Positions 36,953-46,700 of a stretch of 64,000 nucleotides of DNA are shown piece after piece. The notes beneath the pieces were generated by a model that saw nothing but the letters and a program-made list of their open reading frames with translations, did no database searches and was not told where the DNA came from. The DNA is from an uncultured Thermodesulfobacteriota bacterium. Its GTDB lineage: Bacteria > Desulfobacterota > DSWW01. The stretch is taken from the NCBI GenBank assembly GCA_964384945.1, contig CAYLMK010000004.1:1-64000 (forward strand), read 5' to 3'. Each line of letters starts with the position of its first letter. Positions within the stretch are counted from its first letter, which is position 1. Position numbers and translations under genes: made by a program.

Positions 36953-37897
36953 ATGACGAGAGAGAGCGATACTTACAGCAGCCCTGCATTGACCGGCATT
37001 CCGCGCTGGAAGCTGTTCCTGGCGCTCTCCAGGACCCCCCACGGCATCCTGGATCTCGCCGCACCGGCCCTGGCGGCCTTGCTGTCGGCCGGCGGCTTTC
37101 CACCCGCCGGGGTGGTCGCTCTGGGGCTCCTCGCCGCCTTCGCCGGCTACACGGCCGTGTACGCGCTGAACGACGTGGTCGACTACAGAGTGGACAGGGA
37201 AAAGGTCCTTGAGGGCATGCTGCCGGGACACGGAGGCGATCTGGACGCCGTCTATATGCGCCATCCCCTGGCCCAGGGGCTTCTCAGCCTGAAGGAGGCG
37301 CTCCTGTGGACAGGGGGGTGGGCCCTCACCGCCCTGATTGGGGCTTACCTGCTGAACCCGGTATGTGCCGTGATCTTCCTCGCCGGGGGCCTGCTCGAGG
37401 CCGTTTACTGCCTTCTGCTCAGGCTGAGCTATCTGCGGGTGATCGTGAGCGGGGTGGTCAAGACCCTCGGCGCGGTCGCGGCCGTGTTTGCCGTGGACCC
37501 GGAGCCCGCCCCAGGTTTCCTCGTCGTCCTGTTCCTGTGGATCTTCTTTTGGGAAATCGGCGGGCAGAACATCCCGAACGACTGGACGGATCTCAAGGAA
37601 GACCTGCGCCTCAAGGCCAAGACCGTCCCGGTCCGGTTCGGACCGGAGGGCTCGGTCCGGCTGATCGGCGCATCCCTCCTCCTCGCCGTCGGGCTGAGCA
37701 TCGCCCTTTTCTGGACGACCCCGAACCGGCTCGGGCCCCTGTACCTCGCAGGCGGCCTGGTGGCAGGGCTCTTTCTCCTTCTCCTGCCGGCCCGCAGGCT
37801 CTCCACCGGGAAGTCCCCTGAGCAGGCCATCGCGCTCTTCAACCGCGCGAGCACGTACCCGCTCGCCATGGTCCTCGTCGTCATGCTGAGCTGGTGA
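36953..37897 (+). CDS. UbiA-family aromatic prenyltransferase
   Basis: ~9 TM helices. The NDVVDYRVD Asp-rich motif (NDxxDxxxD) is typical of UbiA/MenA prenyltransferases. Confidence 0.8.
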   Translation: MTRESDTYSSPALTGIPRWKLFLALSRTPHGILDLAAPALAALLSAGGFPPAGVVALGLLAAFAGYTAVYALNDVVDYRVDREKVLEGMLPGHGGDLDAVYMRHPLAQGLLSLKEALLWTGGWALTALIGAYLLNPVCAVIFLAGGLLEAVYCLLLRLSYLRVIVSGVVKTLGAVAAVFAVDPEPAPGFLVVLFLWIFFWEIGGQNIPNDWTDLKEDLRLKAKTVPVRFGPEGSVRLIGASLLLAVGLSIALFWTTPNRLGPLYLAGGLVAGLFLLLLPARRLSTGKSPEQAIALFNRASTYPLAMVLVVMLSW

Positions 37898-37916
37898 TTC
37901 GCGGCGCAAATCGCGG

Positions 37917-39173
37917 TCACAGCCAGATCAGTTGCAGCAGGATGTGCGCGGTCGCCACGGCGGCCACGGAAAAGGGGATGCTGATCCTCAGGTACTGCCC
38001 CAGCGGGACCTTGTGGCCGTGTTTCTCCAGGATGCCGCAGGCGAACACATTGGCCGTCGCACCCACCGGGGAGATGTTGCCGCCCACGCCGGTGCCGATC
38101 AGCATGCCGTAAAGGAGCGGCCAGGCCGCGATCCCGAGGGAGGCCGCCAGGCTCTGGCATACCGGAATCATCAGGATCGTGTAGGGCACGTTGTCCATGA
38201 ACGAGGAAAGGGCGACCGAGATCCAGGTGAGCAGCGCCAGCATGGCCGAGGGCCGGGCCAGCCCTGCGTCGACGACCCGGCGGCCGAACGCATCCAGCAG
38301 GCCCGAGAGGGTGAGCGTGTGGATGACCATGAAGACGCCCACGATGAAGAGAAAGGAGTTCCAGTCGAACTCCACCAGCATTTCCCTGAGTTCGCTGCGG
38401 CCTCCCATGTAGAGGGCGATCAGCCCCGCCGAAAACCCCACGATGCCGGGGCGCACGCCGAATTCGGGGCCGACCATGAGCGCGGCCACGCCGACCACGA
38501 AGAGCACCGAGGCGCCCTTGGTGGCTGCGATGGGTTCGGGTTTCACCTCGACGGGCTTGTTCATCCAGCGGAACTGGACCAGGAGCGTCGACAGGGCCAC
38601 GAGCACTGCGACGAAGGTGATGGTGCCCAGCCCGATCTTCCCCAGGAAGTAGTAGAAGTCCAGAGGCTTCATACCCGTCTCCATGGCCAGGATGATGGAG
38701 GGCGGATCGGCCACCATGGTGAGTGTGGTGACCACATTCGAGCTGATCGCGATGGCGACGAGATAGTGGAAGAGCGAGGAGTCGAGGCGCTTCGTCACGG
38801 CGACGGCCACGGGCGCCATCATCAGGACCACGCCCACGTTCTCCATGAAGGCCGACAGCAACGCCGTGAGCGCGCACAGGACGAATATGGCGTGGCGTTC
38901 CACCTTGACCCGGGCCAGGATGCGGTTGGAGAGCAGTTCGGGCATGCGGCTCTTCATGAAGACGTGGGAGACCATCATGAAGCCCCAGTAGATGCCCAGC
39001 ACGTCCCATTTGATGGCCTTGGTCACGGCCTCTCCCGGTTTCAAAAGCCCCAGGATCAGAAACAGGGCGGAGGCGCCCAAGGAGGCATAGGCGATCTTTA
39101 CCTTGCGGCTCAAGGCCAGGGCATAGCAGGCGATGAAGATGACGAGGACGAGGATCTTTTCCGGGCCGGCCAT
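37917..39173 (-). CDS. ArsB/NhaD-superfamily anion permease
   Basis: 418-aa polytopic membrane protein with internal repeat halves typical of ArsB/NhaD/CitT-like permeases. Confidence 0.7.
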   Translation of the reverse strand: MAGPEKILVLVIFIACYALALSRKVKIAYASLGASALFLILGLLKPGEAVTKAIKWDVLGIYWGFMMVSHVFMKSRMPELLSNRILARVKVERHAIFVLCALTALLSAFMENVGVVLMMAPVAVAVTKRLDSSLFHYLVAIAISSNVVTTLTMVADPPSIILAMETGMKPLDFYYFLGKIGLGTITFVAVLVALSTLLVQFRWMNKPVEVKPEPIAATKGASVLFVVGVAALMVGPEFGVRPGIVGFSAGLIALYMGGRSELREMLVEFDWNSFLFIVGVFMVIHTLTLSGLLDAFGRRVVDAGLARPSAMLALLTWISVALSSFMDNVPYTILMIPVCQSLAASLGIAAWPLLYGMLIGTGVGGNISPVGATANVFACGILEKHGHKVPLGQYLRISIPFSVAAVATAHILLQLIWL

Positions 39174-39179
39174 GTCGAC

Positions 39180-39917
39180 TCAAGCCTTTCTCCGTGCGGT
39201 GTGCACGACCGAGATCCCGTTCGTCAGCCTGCGGTATCTCACATCCGTGAATCCGACCCGTTCGAGAAGGGCGGACAGCTCGTCCGGGAGAGGGAAGGTG
39301 CGGATCGACTCCGGAAGGTAGGTGTAGGAAGGCATCGAACGCCCGAGCAGGCGCATGACAAGGGGCATATAGAGGAACGAATGAAGGTCGTAGAGCCCGC
39401 GAAACCAGGCCGAGGTGGGCCGGGAGAACTCGAGGCACATGAGCGTTCCCCCGGGCTTGAGAACCCGGCGCATTTCCCGGAAGCCCTGCTCCATGTCGGT
39501 CAGGTTCCGGACGCCGAAGCCCACCATGGCCGCATCGAACCGGCCGCTCTTCATGGCGATTTCCTGGGCGTCTCCCCGGACAAACCGGATCCGGTCCGAA
39601 AGGGAGGCGCGGACCACCTTGGGTCTGCCCGCCTCGATCATCTGCCGGTTGAAATCGTAGAGACAGACGCGGCCCTTCGGGCCTACCGCGCGGGCGGCCA
39701 GGATGGAGAGGTCCGCCGTGCCTCCGCACACGTCCAAGACCCGGTCGCCCGGCCTGAGAGGCATGCTCCGGACGGCAGCCCGGCGCCACAGGTGATGGAC
39801 CCCGAGGCTCATGACCGAGTTCATCAGGTCGTACCGCCGCGCCGAGGAAGAGAAATGATCGTGCACGAGCCCGGGCTTCTCTTCGACGGCCACGGTCGCG
39901 TAGCCGAAACCGGTCGT
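39180..39917 (-). CDS. ubiE: Demethylmenaquinone / ubiquinone C-methyltransferase UbiE/MenG
   Basis: ...HDHFSSSARRYDLMNSVMSLGVHHLWRR...VLDVCGGTADL... is near-identical in pattern to UbiE. The exact start codon is not resolved, so the 5' end is approximate. Confidence 0.75.
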   Translation of the reverse strand, partial: TTGFGYATVAVEEKPGLVHDHFSSSARRYDLMNSVMSLGVHHLWRRAAVRSMPLRPGDRVLDVCGGTADLSILAARAVGPKGRVCLYDFNRQMIEAGRPKVVRASLSDRIRFVRGDAQEIAMKSGRFDAAMVGFGVRNLTDMEQGFREMRRVLKPGGTLMCLEFSRPTSAWFRGLYDLHSFLYMPLVMRLLGRSMPSYTYLPESIRTFPLPDELSALLERVGFTDVRYRRLTNGISVVHTARRKA

Positions 39918-40020
39918 TGCGCCCCGACGCTTTGTCTGCGGGTTCCCTCCGGCCTGATTCTTTCCTGCCAAGGCGCTTCTCCGTCGGCGGTCGGATCCCC
40001 GGTCCCGGCTCTCCAGCCCC

Positions 40021-40968
40021 TCAGGTTGTTTCCTCTCGCCCTTGCCCTTTCGCCTTTCGCCTTCCCGCGCCGGTTCCCGAACCCGTGGCGCCACTCGCGC
40101 GTACCCTGGGCCTCGCAGGCCGCCCCTCAAGCTTCAGCCCCGCGGCCTCGAACAGGGGAAGGACGTAGTCCAGCGCTTCCCGGCCGGCCTCGACCGGGGT
40201 GTCGAGGTAGGTGTAGAGCTCCAGGCAGATATCCCGGTCATAGCCCAGCCTGGCCATCGTCTTGAAGGTCTCCAGAAAGTCGATCCCCCCGCGGCCCGGA
40301 ATCAAGTGGTTGTGAACCCGGCTCGGGGCGATATCATCGAGATGCACGTGGCGGATCCGCGGGAACAAGCTTTCGAAAGATGCGCTCGGGTCCTCTCCCA
40401 GGCAATAGAAATGGCCGATGTCGAAATTCACGCCCAGCGCGGGAGACCGCGCCTCCTCGACAAAGGCCCTGAAATGCCGGTAATTCTCGCCGAGAAGACC
40501 CGGTTCCGGCTCGACAAGCACCTCCACCCCCAGTTCCTCGGCCAGGGAGAGCACCTGTTCCAGCCTCCGATGAAAAAGGGATAGAAACCCCTGCCTCGTC
40601 AGGTTCCGAGGGGGCGTCCCCGTCGGAATCGAGATGTTCCGGCATCCCAGGTACGAGGCCAGCCGCAGGGACCGCAGCGTGTGCGCAATCCGTTCTTCCG
40701 GGGTCTCTTCCGGGGCGCCCTCCCGGGAGGCCGATGGGCCGTCCTCGGTCGAAAAAAGGGTGGAGCAATTCAGGTTGATCACCTTCAGGCCCTCGGCCTC
40801 GATGCATGCGCCGAGCCGGGGCCATTCCGCCTCGCCGAAGTCGGGGGCGTGGGCGTGGGGCCGTTTGCACATGATCTCGATGCCCCGGAAGCCCAGCCGG
40901 CCGATCTCCTCCACGGCCTCGAAGATCGAGTGCCTCTTGAACGCGTTGCTGCTGTAACCCAGGATCAA
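40021..40968 (-). CDS. Sugar-phosphate isomerase/epimerase (xylose-isomerase-like TIM barrel)
   Basis: MILGYSSNAFKRHSIFEAVEEIGRLGFRGIEI... is a typical AP-endonuclease-2 / TIM-barrel start. The last ~35 codons run into a CCTTTCGCC repeat tract. Confidence 0.65.
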   Translation of the reverse strand: MILGYSSNAFKRHSIFEAVEEIGRLGFRGIEIMCKRPHAHAPDFGEAEWPRLGACIEAEGLKVINLNCSTLFSTEDGPSASREGAPEETPEERIAHTLRSLRLASYLGCRNISIPTGTPPRNLTRQGFLSLFHRRLEQVLSLAEELGVEVLVEPEPGLLGENYRHFRAFVEEARSPALGVNFDIGHFYCLGEDPSASFESLFPRIRHVHLDDIAPSRVHNHLIPGRGGIDFLETFKTMARLGYDRDICLELYTYLDTPVEAGREALDYVLPLFEAAGLKLEGRPARPRVRASGATGSGTGAGRRKAKGQGREETT

Positions 40969-41323
40969 GGGGGCCTCTCCGTTCCCTCAGAACCCAAAAG
41001 AATTTTCAACATACTATGGGGGCAAGCTGCGTATCAACCAATGCTGCTTGGGTGCTCCCATTCTCGCAGGGCGACTCAGGAGAAGGGGTCAGGGCCCCCC
41101 AGAGGCGAAAGGGAAAAGGGGAAAGGCGAAAGGGGTCGATCTCGAATGGAATAGGCGATGAGCGGAACCGTCGCCGTGGGCCATTCGGCTATAGAAACAC
41201 GTTCTTTAAATTGTTGACCTCCTTTTGACCCTTTGCCCTTGACCCTTTCGCCTTGGGTGGATGAGGGGAGAAGGACTAAAGCACTCAGCCAAGGCGAATG
41301 AAGGCGCCGCAGGGAACGGCGCT

Positions 41324-42247
41324 TCAGACTTGGGGGCGGGGATAGAGGCCGGCCTCCTTGACCATCTCCGGGACCTTCTCCTCCCATTCGATGGCCATGA
41401 TGTGCACGCCGGCCACGCCCTCCATCTCCCTGAGCTGCTGGATGGTCTCCACGCAGATCTTGATCCCCTCCTTGGCGGCATTGCCCTTGCCCGCCTCTCG
41501 CAGGCGCTTGATGATCTCGTCCGGCACGTCCATGCCGGGGACCGATTTCTTCATGTACTGCGCCATACCGACGCTCTTCATGGGGGTGACGCCGGCCAGG
41601 ATCTTGACCTTCTCGTGCAGGCCTCGGTCCACCACGCCCTTCATCCATTTGCGGAACTTGTCCATGTTGTAGATGCACTGGGTCTGGATGAAGTCCACCC
41701 CGGCCGCCGCCTTCTTGGCCAGCCGGGGAACCCGGATCGCAAAGGGGTCGGCAAACGGGTTGGCCGCAGCACCGATGAAGAACTTGGGAGGGGTCTTGAT
41801 CTCCTGACCGTTGATGAACTTGCCCTCTTCCCGCATCCGGTGAACCGCCTGGATGAGCTGGATGGAGTCGATGTCGTACACATTCTTCGCGGTGGGGTTG
41901 TCCCCGAAGCGCTGATGATCCCCGGAAAGGCAAAGCAGGTTGTTCATCCCGAGGGCCGCGGCGCCGAGCAGGTCGCTCTGCAGGGCAATGCGGTTCCGGT
42001 CCCGGGTCGTCATCTGCACGATCGGCTCGAGGCCCATCCCCTTCAGGATCACGCACGCCGCAATCGAAGACATCCGCACCACCGAAGTCTGGTTGTCGGT
42101 CACATTGATCGCGTCCACGCAATCCTTGAGGAGCTCGCCCTTCTCCCGGATCGCCTGAGGATCCGCCCCCCGCGGGGGGCCGCACTCGGAGGTAACGGCA
42201 AACGCACCACTTTCCAGTACCTTTTCCAAGCGACTGGCTGTCTTCAT
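41324..42247 (-). CDS. metF: Methylenetetrahydrofolate reductase
   Basis: MKTASRLEKVLESGAFAVTSE...DFIQTQ... matches the MTHFR TIM-barrel family. 307 aa. Confidence 0.85.
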   Translation of the reverse strand: MKTASRLEKVLESGAFAVTSECGPPRGADPQAIREKGELLKDCVDAINVTDNQTSVVRMSSIAACVILKGMGLEPIVQMTTRDRNRIALQSDLLGAAALGMNNLLCLSGDHQRFGDNPTAKNVYDIDSIQLIQAVHRMREEGKFINGQEIKTPPKFFIGAAANPFADPFAIRVPRLAKKAAAGVDFIQTQCIYNMDKFRKWMKGVVDRGLHEKVKILAGVTPMKSVGMAQYMKKSVPGMDVPDEIIKRLREAGKGNAAKEGIKICVETIQQLREMEGVAGVHIMAIEWEEKVPEMVKEAGLYPRPQV

Positions 42248-42915
42248 TCTCGCATGTCCTCCCTGACGATCTTTCTCGGCCCGCCGTCCCGACTCGTGTT
42301 CCAGTCTTTGTAGGGCGCCACCTGTTCGTACATTTGCTCGAGCAGCCCGAGAGCCTCCAGGCGATCCACGATCAACTGCCAGCCGCAGGGCACATCCGGG
42401 TCGATCTCGCACTTGCCTCCCGAAGACCCGCCGCAGGGGCCGTTGAGCAGGCTCTTCGAGCACCGCGTGATCGGGCAGATGCCGCCGGTCAGGTGCAGGA
42501 CGCAGTTCCCGCAACCCTGGCACCGCTCGACCCAGACCCCCTGTTCCTGGGAGCCGCCCATGAAATCCGTATTCAGCCCGGGCAGGGCCGGAATATCCTT
42601 GTAACGCTCCGCCATGTACTGCACGCCCACGCCGCAGGCGATCGACAGGACGGCCTGGTAGTCGTGCACGAAGCCCTCGATCTGCTCGATGTATTCCGGG
42701 TCGCACTGCCTCTCGAGGGTCACCTCCTTCACCTCGATGTCCCGCCCGTCCTTCTTGCGCGCCAGCCGTATGGCGGAAGCCAGGATGCCCACCTCCTTCT
42801 CGCCGCCCGCGGCGCAAACGGCCACGCACCCCTTGCAGCCGATCAAGGCGATCTTGTCGAAGGGCTCGAGCATCTTGAGGATTTCTTCCAGCGGCTTTCG
42901 ATGTCCGATGATCAT
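42244..42915 (-). CDS. metV: MTHFR C-terminal-domain-like Cys-rich subunit (MetV-like)
   Basis: Multiple Cys clusters (CKGCVAVC..., CQGCGNC, GPCGG). Overlaps metF by 4 nt. Such partners are known in acetogen-type MetFV. Confidence 0.7.
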   Translation of the reverse strand: MIIGHRKPLEEILKMLEPFDKIALIGCKGCVAVCAAGGEKEVGILASAIRLARKKDGRDIEVKEVTLERQCDPEYIEQIEGFVHDYQAVLSIACGVGVQYMAERYKDIPALPGLNTDFMGGSQEQGVWVERCQGCGNCVLHLTGGICPITRCSKSLLNGPCGGSSGGKCEIDPDVPCGWQLIVDRLEALGLLEQMYEQVAPYKDWNTSRDGGPRKIVREDMRE

Positions 42916-43203
42916 GTAACGCCTCCCCTTAATGCGTCCTATCCCATGTGGCGTCGATTCGTACTAGATCCAAGCGTAGAGCGTCATGGATCCCTTCACG
43001 TTGCTTGTCATTCCGGGCTTGACCCGGAATCCAGTCTCTTTTCCCTTCCGGATTCCTTCCTTCGCAGGAAGGACGGCTCTCAAGGTCGCAATATCCGTCA
43101 AGCAGCGTCAGACGCACTGCACTAGCTGTCAGCGTTTCGTTCCCAGGCCGGGGAGGAGAGGGGGATCTGACCCCTGTCCCCTGAAACCTGACCCCTGCAC
43201 TGT

Positions 43204-43650
43204 TCATGCAGCCGGTTGGGCCGGTTCCCCTTCCGGGTGCTTGCCCTCGGCCTTGTCTCCCTTCCCGCCCGACTTCCGTTTCTGCTCCGCCGGCTCTTCC
43301 GTGGGCTCGCTTCCTTTGCCGGTCCGGATCGGACTCGGGCCCAGGGCCTTGATCCTTTCGGTGAACTTGCGCGCGATGTCGACGAAGCGGGGCCCGTCGG
43401 CCGCCGACAGGTTGAACATCTCCACCCGCGCCGGGTTGATCCCCAGGTCCTTCAGGATCGACTTCACATAGCCGACCCGCTTCTTGGCCCGGATGTTTCC
43501 CTTCAGGAAATGACAGTCCCCTTCCTCGCAGCCGGCCACATAGACGCCGTCCACCCCGTCTTCCAGGGCCTTGAGAAGGTAGAGGGCATCCACCTTGCCC
43601 GTGCAAGGTATTCGGATGATCTTCACGTTCGTCGGGTAATCCATTCGCAT
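43204..43650 (-). CDS. mvhD: MvhD/FlpD-like hydrogenase delta-subunit-type iron-sulfur protein
   Basis: KIIRIPCTGKVDALYLLKALEDGVDGVYVAGCEEGDCHF matches the methyl-viologen-reducing hydrogenase delta subunit family. Confidence 0.75.
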   Translation of the reverse strand: MRMDYPTNVKIIRIPCTGKVDALYLLKALEDGVDGVYVAGCEEGDCHFLKGNIRAKKRVGYVKSILKDLGINPARVEMFNLSAADGPRFVDIARKFTERIKALGPSPIRTGKGSEPTEEPAEQKRKSGGKGDKAEGKHPEGEPAQPAA

Positions 43651-43723
43651 CGAACCTGCCAGGTCCGCAGCCGTGTACGCTCAGTAATTGCAGCAGTAGG
43701 CCAGGATTTCCGGCTCAAAAGAC

Positions 43724-46700
43724 TCAGCCATTTTTCTGTTCTCCTTTTTCCGAACGGTCTTCCGCCGCCGTTCCGGTCCCGGGTCCCGAGGCCAGAGAAA
43801 CGAGCGCCCCGCTTTTCTCCAGGATCTGGCGGTCCGTGTAATGCTGGAGCTGAATCGCCTTCTGGGGGCACTCGGCCACGCAGTTTCCGCACCCCTGGCA
43901 GCGGGACGGATCGATGTACGAATAGCCGTCCTCGTGAATGTACGGCACGTTGTAGGGGCACGCGCGCACGCAGATCAGACACACGGCACACTTGTCCGGC
44001 TCCACCTTGGCCACCACGCCGCCCACCTGCATCCGGTCCTTGCTGATCACGGTGCAGGCCCGGGAGACGGCGGCCGCGGCCTGGGAGATGGATTCGTGGA
44101 TCGGCTTGGGTCCGTGCCCCAGCCCGGCCATGAACACCCCGTCGCTCGCGAAGTCGACCGGACGGAGCTTCATGTGGGCCTCCAGGTAGAATTTGTCCAG
44201 GGTGCGGGACACCTTGAACAGGTTCGCCACCCGGTCGTTGTCCCTCGGGATGATGGCCGCGCTCAAGACGAGCAGGTCGGGCCTGAGCTTCACCTTCCTC
44301 TGAATCGTGGGGTCCCATGCCGTCACGACGAGAGCGCCGTTTTCCTCAACCACCTCGGGCTTGTGGTCCAGGTCGTACCGCGTGAACAAGACGCCCTGCT
44401 GCCGGGCCTTTGTGTAGTATTGCTCGAACATCCCGTACGTGCGCACGTCCCTGTAGAGAATGTTCACGCTCGCGTTCGGGTTGATCTCTTTGATCTTGAG
44501 CGCATTCTTGATCGCGCTCGAGCAACAGATGCGGCTGCAGTAAGGCCTCTCCGGGATCCGGGAGCCCACACACTGGATCATGACGACCTCGTTCAGCCGC
44601 TTCGGATCGATCTGTCCGGAGACGAGCTTCTCCTCGAAGGCCTGCTGGGTCACCACGCGGGGGTTCTCGCCGTGAAGATACTCGTCCGGCTTCCACTCCT
44701 GGCCGCCGGTGGCCAGGATGACGATTCCGTGCTCCAGGCTCCGGTATTGTTTCTCCGGGCCCACCACGATTCCTGTCTTGTAGGTTCCCTTGGAGCCGGA
44801 ATGATCCACCAGCTCCGCTTCGGTGAAAAGCTCGATCGAAGGATGATTCCGGACCCTCTCGACCATGTCCCGGTAGAGGGCCTTCACATCCTTCCCGTCG
44901 ATCGTGTAGTGAAGGTGCCGGAGGTTGCCTCCCAGCTCGGCCTCCTTCTCCACCAGGTAGACCGAGAAACCCTGGTCGGCGAGCTGAATGGCCGCGCTCA
45001 TCCCGCTCAGGCCGCCTCCGACCACAAGGCCCTTCTTGTTGATCTCCTTGTATTCGGTGGGCAGGGGCTGCAGCAGGCGGGCCTTGGCCACGGCCATCCG
45101 GATCAGCTCCTTGGCCTTGGATGTCGCCTCTTCGTGGTGGTGCATGTGGACCCAGGAGCACTGGTCCCGAATGTTGGCCATTTCGAAGAGGAACGGGTTC
45201 AATCCCGCCTCCCGGATGCTCTGGCGGAACAGGGGCTCATGGGTTCTCGGCGAACAGCTCGCCACCACCACCCGGTTCAGGTCGTGGGCCTCCACCGCCT
45301 CCCGGATGTTGACCAGGCTGTCCGAGGAACAGCTGAAGAGGAACTCCTGCGCATGCACCACGCCCGGCAGGGAGGCGGCATAGTCCTTGACGGCGGGCAC
45401 GTCGACGACCGACCCGATGTTCACGCCGCAGTGGCAGACAAACACACCCACGCGCGGCTCCAGGCCCTCCACGTCCTTCTCCGGGGGAAGTTCGGCCTTG
45501 TAGAGCAGGGTTCCCCTGGCCTCGGCGATCTCCGAGGCCGCGAAGGCGGCGGCCCCGCTCGCCTGGGCCACGGTCTCGGGGATGTCCTTGGGGGACTCGA
45601 AGGCGCCGCACACATAGACGCCCGGCCGGGATGTGGCCAGGGGCCGGAACGGGTCGGTCTCGCAGAACCCGTGTTTGTCGAGCTTCACGTTGAGCCGTTC
45701 CGCAAGTGCGCGGGTCTCCCTTCTGGGACCGAGCCCCACGGAGAGCACCACCATGTCGAATTCCTCGTCCTGGATCGCTCCGTTTTCGGCCACGTAGCGC
45801 AAAAGGAGGTTCCTGGTCTTGGGATCCTCGACCACACGCGAAATTTGGGACCGTATGTAGCGGACCCCGTGTTCGTTCTTGGCCCGCTCGTAGTAGCCGT
45901 CGAACCCCTTCCCATGGGCACGGACATCCATGTAGAAGATGGTGGGCTCCACGAAGGAAAGGTGCTCCTTCGTGATGATCGCCTCCTTGGTGGCGTACAT
46001 ACAGCAGACCGACGAGCAGTAGTCATGATCGCAGTCCCGGGACCCGACGCACTGGATCCAGGCGATTTTCTTAGGGATGTCACCGTCCGACGGCCGCATC
46101 GGGATGCTCGAGAAGGGGCCGGTGGCGGAAAGCATCCGCTCGAACTCGATGCTCGTGACCACGTTGTCGTACCGGCCGTAGCCGTACTCGCCCCTCTCGG
46201 ACGGATCGTATTCCTCGAAGCCCAAGGCCAGCAGAACGCTGCCCACTTCGATCTCTTCGATCCGCTCCTTTTCGGCATAGTCGAGAGCTTTCGCCTCACA
46301 GACATCCTCGCAGATTCCGCACCCGAGGCACTTTCTGCAGTTCAGGCAGCGCCCGGCCTCCTCGACCGCCTGCGCGTCCGTGAATCCGGTCTCGACCTCG
46401 TCGAATCCCTTGATCCGCTCGGCCAGGGCCCTCTGGGGCATCCTCTGCCGAAGCTTGAAGAGGAACCCGGTCCGGGCGTCCTCCACCGGGATGCGCTCCT
46501 CCAGCCCGCGGCCCTCGGACATGTCCATGCCGCGCAGGTATCTGTGGATGCTCTCCGCGGCCCGCGCGCCCCCGGCGATCGCGTCGATTGCAATGAAGGG
46601 ACCCTTCTCCGCATCGCCCCCCGCGAACACGCCGGCCACGTTGGTGGCTCCGGTCACCGGATCCACCTTGACCGTCCTCCACCGGGTCATCTTGACACCG

